Of a stretch of DNA of 64,000 bases, positions 1 through 9,157 are shown one piece after another (positions within the stretch are counted from its first letter, which is position 1; every line of letters begins with the position of its first letter). Source of the DNA: Candidatus Limnocylindria bacterium (GTDB lineage Bacteria > Chloroflexota > Limnocylindria > P2-11E); NCBI GenBank assembly GCA_035543375.1, contig DASZZF010000012.1:68323-132322 (forward strand), in the 5' to 3' direction. The position numbers and the translations under genes are program-made. The notes under the pieces are model-generated. The model saw only the letters and a program-made list of their open reading frames with translations, did no database searches and was not told the DNA's origin.

Positions 1-1234
1 CGAGACGGACGCGGTCGTCCGGCAGCGCGGCACCGCGCTTCGCCCGTAACGCGACGAAGCGCTCGCGCAGCGCGGTCTCGCCAAGGAAGCGCCAACCGCG
101 CGCGGTCCGCTCGAGGGCGGCGTGCTCGCCGGGTCCGAGCGGCCGGGGGTCGGTGCTGTAGCGATCAAGCGGAATGAAGCCGCGCTCGCTCGCGAAGACG
201 TGCTCTTCGTCGGTCTCCACGTGCCAGAGCGGCCGCAGACCCATCGCGTCGACGCCGAAGAAACAGAGATCGCCGAACCGCGCGACGAACGCCGCGGGTC
301 CCTGCGCGAACGGGCCGAAGGCCGCGCGCGCCCGCGCGTAGGCATCCTGCATGCCGGCCGGCATCCGGCGGAGCTCGTTCACGATCGGTGGGAACACGAG
401 CTCGATCGCCTCGACCGGATCGAGGCCGCGCCCGAACACGAGGCCGCGCAGCGTCGCGTCCACGTCCTGCGAGTCACTGCCGTCCCGCGACAGCGCGAGG
501 CCGAGCGACCTGGCCTCGTCGCGCAGGCGGCCGATCGTGTTGATCTCGCCGTTGTGGGCGAACGAGGGGAACGGCTGGACGCGCTCGAAGCTCGTCGTCG
601 TGTTCGTCGCGTACCGGTTGTGCCCGAAGGCCAGGGTCGTCCGGAAGCGGGGGTCGGCGAGATCGGTGAAGTAGCCGCGCAGCTGATGCGGCGAACCGCG
701 GAGCTTATAGACCGCGGAGCTGCGCGAGAGGCTGACGACCGTCGCGGCCGTGAGACGCTCGATCTCGACACCGGCCCGATAGAGCCGCGCGCCGGCGCGA
801 CGTGACGGACCGAGGACCTCGAGCCCGGCCTGCCAGAAGCGGGGCTCGCCCGCGCGCGCCCGCGGTCCGAGCGCATGGGCGCGCGTCGTGCCGTGGCGTT
901 CGAGCAGGACGCGGATCCGGTGGCGGGCGAGGATCGCGCGGACGTCCGCGGCGACGATCTCGTCTGCGTCGGCTGGAAGGAACAGATGCGCGACGGCGAA
1001 TCGCCGGTCGTGGGCGAGCGCGGCCGGCAGGCCCGAGGCGGCCAGGGCATCCGCCCAGAGGTCCCGGGGGAGGTCGGTCAGCAGACCGCTGCCGTCGCCC
1101 TCACCATCGATGGAGCCGGAACGGTGCGCGAGACACTCGAGCCCGCGGATCGTCTCGGAGAGCACCTCGCGGGACGGTCGGGCGTCCTTGCGCGCGATCG
1201 CGACCAGCGCGCAGGCGTCACGCTCCTCTTCCAT
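1..1234 (-). CDS. Class II (Ntn-type) glutamine amidotransferase domain protein, GltB-N-terminal/GlxB-like; 3' end runs off the window
   Basis: Absent from the ORF track because it is open at the window edge. Minus-strand translation from ATG 1234 reads MEEERDACALVAIARKD...LAFGHNRYATNTTTSFERVQPF..FAHNGEINTIGRLR, typical of glutamate-synthase-type amidotransferase domains. No stop down to base 1. Confidence 0.75.
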   Translation of the reverse strand, partial: MEEERDACALVAIARKDARPSREVLSETIRGLECLAHRSGSIDGEGDGSGLLTDLPRDLWADALAASGLPAALAHDRRFAVAHLFLPADADEIVAADVRAILARHRIRVLLERHGTTRAHALGPRARAGEPRFWQAGLEVLGPSRRAGARLYRAGVEIERLTAATVVSLSRSSAVYKLRGSPHQLRGYFTDLADPRFRTTLAFGHNRYATNTTTSFERVQPFPSFAHNGEINTIGRLRDEARSLGLALSRDGSDSQDVDATLRGLVFGRGLDPVEAIELVFPPIVNELRRMPAGMQDAYARARAAFGPFAQGPAAFVARFGDLCFFGVDAMGLRPLWHVETDEEHVFASERGFIPLDRYSTDPRPLGPGEHAALERTARGWRFLGETALRERFVALRAKRGAALPDDRVRL

Positions 1235-1316
1235 GGGTGAACGCTACGTGCGCAATGCGTGGCGGTCAGGTACGGAAGCGTTGCCGTTGGGTGACGGGAG
1301 TCGTCACACTCGGCCG

Positions 1317-1928
1317 GTGAGCGCCGCCGGTGCCAGTGCACGTCGCACAGTCCCTGTCGCCCCGATCGTCTGCGCCTCGGTGAATGCGGTCGCGGCGCTC
1401 GTCCTCGCGACGGTGCTGGCGCCGGGCGCGTCGCTCCGCCCGGACGCTGAGCAAACCGCCTACGTCTCGTCGCACCTCGAGGCCTGGCGAGCGGGCTGGA
1501 TCACTTGGATCGGCGCGGCGATATCGCTGCTCGCGTTCTTCCGGTGGTGGGCGGCGCGGCTCGACCGGTCCAGGGTCGTGATCGCGGCGCTCGCGTTCGC
1601 CACGATCGGCGTGGGCCTCGACGTGACGGCGGAGTCGCTCCTCATCGCCCACTCGCCCGAGCGCTACCTCGAGCTCGCACCCTCGGCGCTCCGGCTCAGC
1701 GGCGTCGGCGCGAACGGTCTCTACAGCATCGCGGGCGCGCTGCTCACGCTGCGCACACCCGCGCTGCCGCGCTGGCTCGCGGCGTGGACGTGGCTCGTAT
1801 GGCTGATGGGCGCTCTGCTCGCGCTCGCCGCGGCGATCGGAAGTGACCGCGCGAGCGAGGCTGCGACGGTGGTGTTGTTCGCGTTGTTCCTCCCGTGGCT
1901 CATCTTCTTCGGCCGGAGGATCGCCTGA
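1317..1928 (+). CDS. Hypothetical polytopic membrane protein
   Basis: This is the 3' part of track ORF 888..1928. The 5' part of that ORF is antisense to the amidotransferase gene. The hydrophobic, W/L/A-rich helices begin after the in-frame GTG at 1317. Confidence 0.55.
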   Translation: MSAAGASARRTVPVAPIVCASVNAVAALVLATVLAPGASLRPDAEQTAYVSSHLEAWRAGWITWIGAAISLLAFFRWWAARLDRSRVVIAALAFATIGVGLDVTAESLLIAHSPERYLELAPSALRLSGVGANGLYSIAGALLTLRTPALPRWLAAWTWLVWLMGALLALAAAIGSDRASEAATVVLFALFLPWLIFFGRRIA

Positions 1929-2872
1929 GGCGGGTCGTCGTCCTCGGAGGGACGGGATTCTTCGGCGGCGTCGCCGTCGAGCTGCTGCGCGCTGAAGGCA
2001 TCTCATGCGTGGCGGCGTCGCGACGGACGGGCGTGGACGTGCAGGACCGATCCGCGCTCGAGGCGTTCCTCGAAGCCGGCGACGTCATCGTCGACGCCGC
2101 GGGACCGTTCCAGCGGCGGTCGCCGGCGGTGGTTGAGGCGGCCATGCGGGTCGAGGCCGACGTCGTCGATCTCAGCGACAGCGCGGGCTACGCGCGCATG
2201 CTCGGAGCGCGGCGCACGGCGATCGAGGCGAGCGGCGTCGCCGTGCTCACCGGCTGCAGCGCGATCTCGGCAGTCGTTGCCGCAGCGGCGCGAGCGAGCG
2301 GTATCGAGGTCCCGGTGCGCGTGGATGCCTGGCTGGCGCCCGCGTCACGCGAGACCGCGAATGCGGCCACCGCGCGGGCGCTGCTGGCCTCGCTCACAAG
2401 CTCACGGACCCGCCGGTGCGACGTCGCAGCGATGGGCGGCATCGGAGTGGAGAGCGCGCTCGGCGTGCAGCTGCCCGTCGTGTGGCCATCGCTCCGGGAA
2501 GCCGCGTTCTGGGTCGATCCGCACGTCGTGGGGCTCGCTCCGTTGTTGAGGGTCGCGGCCCGCGTCCGTCTGGTCCGGACCGCGCTTGCCGCGCTCGTGC
2601 CTGCGGGCGTGAGGCTCGCCCGTCTCGCCGGAACGCGGGACGGCACGTTCGCGGTGCGCGTGGAGGGCGATGGCCGTGTCGCGGCGTGGGTCTTCAGGGC
2701 AGCGCAGCGGAGCTACATCGTCGCGGTCGCGCCGGCGGTGCTCGCAGCGAGGGATCTCGCGACCGGCCGACGCGTGCTGCGCGGGTTGGTGCCGGCAGAC
2801 GAGCAAGTCGGCTTCGATGTGCTCGCGACGTACCTCCACGCGCATGGGGTGCGTGTCGAGCGGCGCCTCTAG
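1895..2872 (+). CDS. Saccharopine dehydrogenase-like NAD(P)-binding protein
   Basis: N-terminal Rossmann motif VVVLGGTGFFGG followed by DAAGPF, the layout of the saccharopine dehydrogenase NADP-binding family. The GTG start overlaps the upstream gene and is uncertain. Confidence 0.65.
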   Translation: MAHLLRPEDRLRRVVVLGGTGFFGGVAVELLRAEGISCVAASRRTGVDVQDRSALEAFLEAGDVIVDAAGPFQRRSPAVVEAAMRVEADVVDLSDSAGYARMLGARRTAIEASGVAVLTGCSAISAVVAAAARASGIEVPVRVDAWLAPASRETANAATARALLASLTSSRTRRCDVAAMGGIGVESALGVQLPVVWPSLREAAFWVDPHVVGLAPLLRVAARVRLVRTALAALVPAGVRLARLAGTRDGTFAVRVEGDGRVAAWVFRAAQRSYIVAVAPAVLAARDLATGRRVLRGLVPADEQVGFDVLATYLHAHGVRVERRL

Positions 2873-3537
2873 CCGAGCTTGTAGCCCACGCCACGGACGT
2901 TCGCCGGCACCGGCGCGCCCGCCGCCTCGAGCTTCGCGCGGAGCCGCGCGAGATGCGCCTTCAGCCACTCCGGATCGGGGTCGCGCTCGTCGGGCCAGCC
3001 CGCGCGGAGCAACGCCTTGCGCTCGACGAGCTCGCCCGGGCGCGCGGTCAGCGCGGCGAGGAGCCGGAACTCGGTGGGTGTGAGCGGCAGCTCCAGGCCG
3101 TCCATCCACGCGGCATGAGCACGCGCGTCGATGACGAGGCCGCCGACCGTCGTCGCGGCCGCCGGGGGCGTTGCGCGCGGCGCGCGGCGCAGGAGCGCGC
3201 GGACCCGCGCGAGCAGCTCCCTTTTTCCGAACGGCTTCTCGAGATAATCGTCGGCGCCGAGATCGAGGAGCTTGACCCGCTCGTCCTCGCCCTTCTCGCC
3301 CGTGAGCATGAGGATCGGCGTCTGCGCGCTCACCCGGATCCGCTTGCAGATCTCCTCGCCGCTCATCTTGGGCAGCCGGCGATCGAGGATCACGAGGTCG
3401 GGCGCGTCCTCCGCGTGACGGCGGAGCGCGGTCTCGCCGTCGTACGCCGTCAGGAGGTCGTACCCCTCGCCACCGAGCAGCGCCGCGACCATGCCGACGA
3501 ACGGGCGGTCGTCATCGACGATCAGGACGGTCGTCAT
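2869..3537 (-). CDS. OmpR/PhoB-family response regulator
   Basis: Receiver domain (LIVDDD...DLVILD...KP) plus a winged-helix C-terminus (LTPTEFRLLAAL...RGVGYKL). A 4-nt overlap couples it to the upstream kinase. Confidence 0.9.
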   Translation of the reverse strand: MTTVLIVDDDRPFVGMVAALLGGEGYDLLTAYDGETALRRHAEDAPDLVILDRRLPKMSGEEICKRIRVSAQTPILMLTGEKGEDERVKLLDLGADDYLEKPFGKRELLARVRALLRRAPRATPPAAATTVGGLVIDARAHAAWMDGLELPLTPTEFRLLAALTARPGELVERKALLRAGWPDERDPDPEWLKAHLARLRAKLEAAGAPVPANVRGVGYKLG

Positions 3538-5201
3538 CGGTCGGGCTCTCCCCGCGCGAGCGGCACGCTGAACGCGAACACGCTGCCCCGGCCGCCCGGC
3601 ACGTCCTCGTACCAGAGCGCGCCGCCCTGCGCCTCGACAACGCGGCGGCAGGAGAACAGCCCGATCCCAGCCCCGGAGATCTCGTCGGACCCCAGGCGGA
3701 CGAATGGCTCGAAGATCCGCGCGCGATCCTCCGGTGCCACGCCCGGACCTTCGTCGGTCACGCGCACGACCGCGCGTTCCCGTTCGCGCGTGATCGACAC
3801 GGCAATACGCGTCCCCGCCGGCGCGTACTTCGTGGCGTTATGCACGAGACCCGCGACGACCTCGGCGGTACGCCGTTTGTCGCCCCGCGCCCAGAGCGGC
3901 GCCGCCGCTCGCGGCGCGCTCAGCCTGTGCCGGCGGGCCATCGGCGCGAACTCGCGCGTCGCCCCGACGAGCCCCGCCCGCAGGTCGAATCGCGCCCGCC
4001 GGACGTTGAGGTTCGGCCGCTCGGCCTTGACCGAGGCGAGGATCCGGTCGACGAGCTGATCGAGGCGCTCGACCTGGACGGCCGCATCGCGCAGTGACTG
4101 ACGGTCGCCGTTCGTCGCGTGCTCCGCGAACAGGTCGAGGTATCCGCGGACCATCGAAAGCGGCGTGCGCAGGTCGTGGGTGACCACTGCGACGAAGTCC
4201 GACCGCGCGCGGTCCAGCTCGCGCAGGCTCTCCGCCGTCTTCCGCTCAAGCGCGTACAGCGACGCCTTGTCGATCGCGAGCGCTGCCTGGTTCGCGAGCG
4301 CGCCGACGAATGCGATCTCCGCTTCGGCGAACTCGGCCTGTCCCGGGACGTGAAGCGCGACCGCGCCGACCAGCCGATCCCCGGCGATGAGCGGCAACGC
4401 GATCCCGCCGCCCCCGACGACCAGGCGCTTCTCCGCGAGCGCGGTGCGCGCCGCGCTGAGCGCCGAGCGCGGGAGATCGCCGGTCTTCGCGCGGAGGGCG
4501 GCTTCGCCGGAATCGTCGCGCAACAGGATCGCTCCCGAGGAGTCCGGGTACACGCGCACGAGCCGGTCCACGACGAGACCGAGCACTTCGTCGAGCTCGA
4601 GCGTCGAGGTGAGGACGTTCGAAACCTCGAAAAGGGCGGAGACCTCGCGGAGCTTGTGCTCGGCATCGCGCTGCAACCTGCTCTTTTCGATGATGCCGGC
4701 GACCTGGTTGGCGATCGTCTGCAGGAAGTCGATCTCGCCGCGCTCGAAGTCGCGGAGCTCGATCGTCTGGACGTTCATCACGCCGATGATCTCGTCGCGG
4801 CTGATGAGCGGAACCGAGAGCATCGAGGTGAATCGGTCCACGTCGACCGACGGCACGAACTTCCAGCGAGGCTCCGCGTGGACATCACGCACGGTGAGCG
4901 GCACGCGGGCGTTCGCGACCCAGCCGGAGATGCCCTCGCCGATGCGGAGCGTGGCCTTCCCGATCGCGCGCGGGTTGAGCCCGTTGCTCGCGACCAATCG
5001 CAGCAGTCCCTCACGCCGCTCCACGAGATAGAGCGAGGAGACCTCGGCGCCCATCGCGGTCGTCGTCCGATCGATGACGATCCGCAGCATCTCGTCCCAA
5101 TCGCGGGCCGACGAGGTGAGCTGCGCGATCTCACGGAGGAACGACAGCTCCGCGAGTTTCCGTTCGGTGTCGGCTGCCGTCATCGGTGGATTGTGAAGCA
5201 T
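3534..5201 (-). CDS. Cytoplasmic sensor histidine kinase with two GAF domains
   Basis: Two GAF-like segments are followed by the H-box FVAVVTHDLRTPL and an HATPase region (VHNATKY...DEGPGV...GAGIGL). No TM segment is visible. I chose the start at 5201 (MLHNPP), which has GGGGGAG upstream; the track start is 5237. Confidence 0.88.
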   Translation of the reverse strand: MLHNPPMTAADTERKLAELSFLREIAQLTSSARDWDEMLRIVIDRTTTAMGAEVSSLYLVERREGLLRLVASNGLNPRAIGKATLRIGEGISGWVANARVPLTVRDVHAEPRWKFVPSVDVDRFTSMLSVPLISRDEIIGVMNVQTIELRDFERGEIDFLQTIANQVAGIIEKSRLQRDAEHKLREVSALFEVSNVLTSTLELDEVLGLVVDRLVRVYPDSSGAILLRDDSGEAALRAKTGDLPRSALSAARTALAEKRLVVGGGGIALPLIAGDRLVGAVALHVPGQAEFAEAEIAFVGALANQAALAIDKASLYALERKTAESLRELDRARSDFVAVVTHDLRTPLSMVRGYLDLFAEHATNGDRQSLRDAAVQVERLDQLVDRILASVKAERPNLNVRRARFDLRAGLVGATREFAPMARRHRLSAPRAAAPLWARGDKRRTAEVVAGLVHNATKYAPAGTRIAVSITRERERAVVRVTDEGPGVAPEDRARIFEPFVRLGSDEISGAGIGLFSCRRVVEAQGGALWYEDVPGGRGSVFAFSVPLARGEPDR

Positions 5202-5245
5202 AGGTACTGCTCCCCCGCGCACCATGGAGAAATACACTCGCGGGC

Positions 5246-6175
5246 ATGGGAGTGGTCCTGCGCACCGAGGGTCTGACGAAGCGTTTCGAGCATACGACGG
5301 CGGTCGAGGATCTCGATCTCGAAGTGCGCGAGGGAGAGGTGTTCGGCTTCCTCGGCCCGAACGGCGCCGGCAAGACCACGACCCTGCGGTTGCTCTGCGC
5401 GCTCATCGCGCCGACCAGCGGCCGCGCCGAGGTGGCCGGCTATCGCCTGGGGCATGACAACGAGCGGATCCGGGCGTCGGTCGGCATCCTCACCGAGGCA
5501 CCCGGGCTGTACGAGCGCCAGTCGGCGCGCGACAACCTCCTGTTCTTCGCGGCGCTCTTCGGTCTCTCGCCCGCGATCGCGCGCGCGCAGACCGAGCGCT
5601 ACCTCCGGCTCATGGGCCTTTGGGACCGCCGGACCGAGCCGGTCGCGACCTTCTCGCGCGGGATGAAGCAGAAGATGGCGATCGCGCGCGCGGCGATCCA
5701 TGAGCCGCGGATCATCTTCCTCGACGAGCCGACGACCGGCCTCGATCCCGATGCAGCGCGGACAGTCCGCGAGTTCATCGCCCAGATCCGCGGTGAAGGC
5801 CGGACGGTCTTTCTCTGCACGCACAACCTCGACGATGCGGACCGGCTCTGTGACCGCATCGCGTTCTTCCGCCGGACCGTGATCAGGATTGACACGCCGG
5901 CGCAGCTGCGGGCGGAGCTGTACGGACACGAGACCGAGTTCCGGCTGCTGCCGTCGCCCCGCGCGGCGGACCTCGAGTGCGTCCGATCGATCCGTGGCGT
6001 GCGGGAGGCGCACTTGGAGAACGGGTCGATCGTCGTCTCGAGCGGCGATCCGCTCGTCGCGAATCCCGCGATCGTGCAGGCACTGGTGGGCGGGGGCGCT
6101 CAGATCGCGTATGTCACCGAGCGACGCGCCTCCCTCGAGGATGTCTACCTCAAGGTCGTGGAGGGCATCTCGTGA
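5246..6175 (+). CDS. ABC transporter ATP-binding protein (ABC-2 exporter type)
   Basis: Walker A GPNGAGKTT, signature FSRGMKQKMAIA, Walker B IIFLDEPTTGLD. Confidence 0.92.
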   Translation: MGVVLRTEGLTKRFEHTTAVEDLDLEVREGEVFGFLGPNGAGKTTTLRLLCALIAPTSGRAEVAGYRLGHDNERIRASVGILTEAPGLYERQSARDNLLFFAALFGLSPAIARAQTERYLRLMGLWDRRTEPVATFSRGMKQKMAIARAAIHEPRIIFLDEPTTGLDPDAARTVREFIAQIRGEGRTVFLCTHNLDDADRLCDRIAFFRRTVIRIDTPAQLRAELYGHETEFRLLPSPRAADLECVRSIRGVREAHLENGSIVVSSGDPLVANPAIVQALVGGGAQIAYVTERRASLEDVYLKVVEGIS

Positions 6176-6984
6176 GCACGCTGGCGACGGTCGCCGACCG
6201 CCGGACGATCGTGACGGCCGTCTGCCTGCGCGAATGGCGGGAGTCGCTCGGGAACAGGCTGCTCGTCGGCATGACGATATTCCCGCCGCTCGTCATCCTG
6301 GCCGCGGGGATCGGCGCCGTTGCCACGGCCGCCATCTACCCGCCCAGCGAGAAGGACGTCCAGGCGCTGTACGCCGCGTCGCCCGCCGTGGTCGGTCTCG
6401 ACCCGAAGGACGCGGTGCAGGGGCTCATCGCCACCTATTTCCTCATCCTGTTCATGCTCATCCCGACCGTGGTCCCGCTCACGATCGCGATCTACTCGGT
6501 CATCGGGGAGAAGGCGGCGCGGACGCTCGAGCCGCTCCTCGCGGCGCCGGTGCGCGTGGGCGAGCTCCTGCTCGCGAAGAGCCTCGCGTCCGCGATCCCG
6601 GCGGTCATCGTCACCTGGGCCGCGTACGTGATCTACCTGGTGTCGGTCGGTCTCATCGGTAGCGGCGCCGCGGTGCGAGCGGTAACGGCGCCGCGCTGGA
6701 TCCTCGCAATCATCGTCATGGTCCCACTTCTGACGCTGCTCTCGGTGAATCTCGGGATCCTCATCTCGACGCGGGTGAACGACGTGCGAGTGGCGCAACA
6801 GATCGGCGGCCTCGTGGTCGTGCCGGTCGTGGGCCTGGGCATCGCTCAGGTCACCGGTCGCGTCGTCCTCAACAACGAATCGTTCATTGGAACGGCGACA
6901 TTCCTCATCCTGGTCGACGTCGTCGTCTTCGCGCTCGCGCGGGTCGCGTTCCAGCGGGAGAACATCCTCAGCCGCTGGCGGTGA
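6172..6984 (+). CDS. ABC-2 type transporter permease
   Basis: Six hydrophobic helices. In-frame GTG at 6172 forms a GTGA overlap with the ATPase stop. The track ORF 5977..6984 extends upstream, out of frame with the ATPase gene. Confidence 0.8.
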   Translation: MSTLATVADRRTIVTAVCLREWRESLGNRLLVGMTIFPPLVILAAGIGAVATAAIYPPSEKDVQALYAASPAVVGLDPKDAVQGLIATYFLILFMLIPTVVPLTIAIYSVIGEKAARTLEPLLAAPVRVGELLLAKSLASAIPAVIVTWAAYVIYLVSVGLIGSGAAVRAVTAPRWILAIIVMVPLLTLLSVNLGILISTRVNDVRVAQQIGGLVVVPVVGLGIAQVTGRVVLNNESFIGTATFLILVDVVVFALARVAFQRENILSRWR

Positions 6985-8652
6985 TCAGCGCCGCGGCGAG
7001 GGCGATGGCGATCGGCCACGCGGCGGCAGGCCGGTGAGCTGCGGACCTCCGCTCCGTTGCGGCGGCGCGCTCTGGCGCGGACCCGGCGGGGCGACGCCCG
7101 CCGAGTCCCGGTCATCGGGATAGGTGCGTGGACCGGAGATCTCCGCGGTCACGATCTGCGTCGCGCTCGCGGTCTTGCCCCCTTCGCGGACCTCCATGAC
7201 GAACCGGTAGGTCCCGCGCACGGGCGGCGCGTTGAACGGCGCGAAGAAGGTGCCACCACCGGGACCGATGCTCCTGCCGAGCGGCGAGCTGCCGGACGCC
7301 ACGCTGCGACGGGTGGCCGGGTCGAGGGCGCGCCAGAACAGCGTGTAGGTGTGATCCTCCCTGCCCGCGCCTGGCAGGTTCGAGTACTGCACGATCACGA
7401 GCGACGCTTCGTTCCGGTGGAGCAGCGTTGGCAGCTGGACCTGCGCCGCGACGAGGTACGGCACGTGCACGTGGAAGTCGAAACTCGCGGTCGCCGCGCC
7501 GAGCTGGGCGAGCGCGGTGCCGTTCGCGTCCGCGAGCCCGACGGTCATGGTGTAGTCACCGGTCGTCCCGGGCACCGTGAACGCGACAGTGGCCGGCGCG
7601 GTCGCGGCTGGTACCTGCGCCGACAGCGCGACCGGCGATCGTGACTGGTCGACCAGCTTCTTCTGCGCGTCGCGGATCTCCCAGATGAGGCCCACGCTCG
7701 CGGCACCGGTCGCAGTCCAGGCCCTCGAACCGGAATTCGTCACGGCGACAGCGAGCCGCTGCTCGCTGCTGGTCTCGTACGACGGCGCGGTCCTGGGCAC
7801 CTGGAAGCGCGCGTTCGCCGGCGGCTCGAGCACCGCCGCATACACGAGCGCGCCCAGCCCGGAGATGAAGTGGGCGGCCGCGTCCTCTTCCGTGTCAGCG
7901 GTCATGCCAACGACGATGCGCGGGCCCGACTTCGTGTAGATGATCCCCGCGTCGTGCGTCACGCCGGCGAGATTGCCGGTCTTGTGCGCGACGACCGTGT
8001 TTGCGGGAAGCTGGGCCGGTAGACGGTCGTTGATCCGCTGGCGTTCGAGGCGGGCGAGCATCCGGTCGGACGCGGCCGCCGACACGAGCGTCCGCTGTAC
8101 CAGGAGCCCGAAGTATTGGCCGATCACCCGCGGCGTCGCGGTGTTGTCCTCGGAATCGTCGTTGGCGACATGGAACGCGTTCAGGCCGAGCTTCTGGAGC
8201 GTCGCGTTTATGTTCGCCGGGCCGAGCAGGTGCCAGAACGCGAGAGCGGTCCCGTTGTCGGAAACGGTGATCATCGCCTCGAGGGCTTCATCGACGCTCA
8301 TGACCGTGCCGGAGCTCTCGAACGATCCATCGTCGGTGATGTCCTCGGGCTGGATCTCGATCGCGTCGGAGTATTTGAGCGTGCCCGCCTCGACGCGCGT
8401 TTCGACCTCGGCGAGGATCCCGAGCTTGTAGAGGGAGGCCGTGATGAACTGCTCGTCGGCCTCGTGCGTGTAGAGCGGCTCGGGCGAGCTGGGATCGGAC
8501 ACGTAGACGCCCGCCGCGCCCGGGAACGACCGCACCAGGCCGTCGACCTGCAGGACGAGGTCGGCCGTCGAACCGGCGACCGGCACGCCGGCCAGCGCCG
8601 TGAGCGGCCCGAGCACCAGGCCGGCAGCGAGAAGCAGGGCGAAGCGGCGCAT
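6985..8652 (-). CDS. Secreted class A beta-lactamase-fold serine hydrolase with a long C-terminal Ig-like extension
   Basis: Signal peptide [21 protein letters not shown]. Motifs SLYK (SxxK), SDN and KTG appear in the canonical order. About 260 further residues are beta-rich. The track ORF start at 8967 is an upstream extension across ybeY. Confidence 0.8.
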   Translation of the reverse strand: MRRFALLLAAGLVLGPLTALAGVPVAGSTADLVLQVDGLVRSFPGAAGVYVSDPSSPEPLYTHEADEQFITASLYKLGILAEVETRVEAGTLKYSDAIEIQPEDITDDGSFESSGTVMSVDEALEAMITVSDNGTALAFWHLLGPANINATLQKLGLNAFHVANDDSEDNTATPRVIGQYFGLLVQRTLVSAAASDRMLARLERQRINDRLPAQLPANTVVAHKTGNLAGVTHDAGIIYTKSGPRIVVGMTADTEEDAAAHFISGLGALVYAAVLEPPANARFQVPRTAPSYETSSEQRLAVAVTNSGSRAWTATGAASVGLIWEIRDAQKKLVDQSRSPVALSAQVPAATAPATVAFTVPGTTGDYTMTVGLADANGTALAQLGAATASFDFHVHVPYLVAAQVQLPTLLHRNEASLVIVQYSNLPGAGREDHTYTLFWRALDPATRRSVASGSSPLGRSIGPGGGTFFAPFNAPPVRGTYRFVMEVREGGKTASATQIVTAEISGPRTYPDDRDSAGVAPPGPRQSAPPQRSGGPQLTGLPPRGRSPSPSPRR

Positions 8653-8683
8653 CAAACCGTGTAACGGCGGAGCGCTGCTCCTG

Positions 8684-9157
8684 TCACCGGCGTGATTGTG
8701 CGAGCGCCGCGTCCGTCGCGGCAGTCCCCAGCTGGACCATCTCCCGGTAGCCAGTCGGCGTGTCGTCCTCGAATCCCAGGAGGTGGAGCGCGCCATGCGC
8801 CCCGAGGAAGGTGACTTCGCGAACGAGGGGCTGCCGGCGACGCCGCGCCTGCCGCTGCGCCTGGGCCGCGCTGATGACGATGTCCCCGACGTCGAGGCCA
8901 CCGTCCGCGTCGCGCCGCAACCGGTCCACCGCGGGCTCGCCCTTGGCACCCCGCAAATCCTGGCCAAATGAGAGGACGTCGGTGACGCGCCGCTTGCCGC
9001 GGTAGCGCGCGTTCAGCGCGCGCATCTCGTCATCGGCGACGAATGCGACCGCGATCTGCGCGTCGGCCGGCAGGCCATAGCGCCGCAGGGCCGCGCGGAT
9101 CGCGCGGCGGACCGGTACGAGGTCGCAGGGTGCCGGCCCGCGGACCGAGAGCTTCAG
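8684..9157 (-). CDS. ybeY: rRNA maturation endoribonuclease YbeY (probable CTG start; first ATG at 9025)
   Basis: Motifs TDVLSF and HGALHLLGFED. The track ORF 8684..9025 begins at an internal Met. The conserved N-terminal region with strong GC3 bias continues upstream to a CTG that overlaps the pgpH stop as CTGA. Confidence 0.8.
   Translation of the reverse strand: MKLSVRGPAPCDLVPVRRAIRAALRRYGLPADAQIAVAFVADDEMRALNARYRGKRRVTDVLSFGQDLRGAKGEPAVDRLRRDADGGLDVGDIVISAAQAQRQARRRRQPLVREVTFLGAHGALHLLGFEDDTPTGYREMVQLGTAATDAALAQSRR

Noticed and set aside
122-1050. Track ORFs 122..805(+), 351..674(+), 379..1050(-) and the 5' part of 888..1928(+)
   Set aside because: All overlap the open-ended minus-strand amidotransferase gene (1..1234), whose translation carries conserved Ntn-amidotransferase motifs. 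These ORFs have a biased R/A/P/S composition.
1286-1306. GGTGAC-N7-GTCACAC inverted repeat upstream of the 1317 membrane gene, considered as a Crp site
   Set aside because: The spacing (GTGA-N9-TCAC) does not fit TGTGA-N6-TCACA or the actinobacterial GTG-N8-CAC form, and the arms are only 5 bp. This is too weak to call.
2416-4059. 547-aa plus-strand ORF
   Set aside because: It is antisense to the response regulator and histidine kinase genes, and its composition is Arg/Ala/Pro-rich.
8653-8967. N-terminal 105-aa extension of the beta-lactamase-like ORF (track start 8967)
   Set aside because: It would overlap ybeY on the same strand in another frame. A signal peptide begins exactly at Met 8652.
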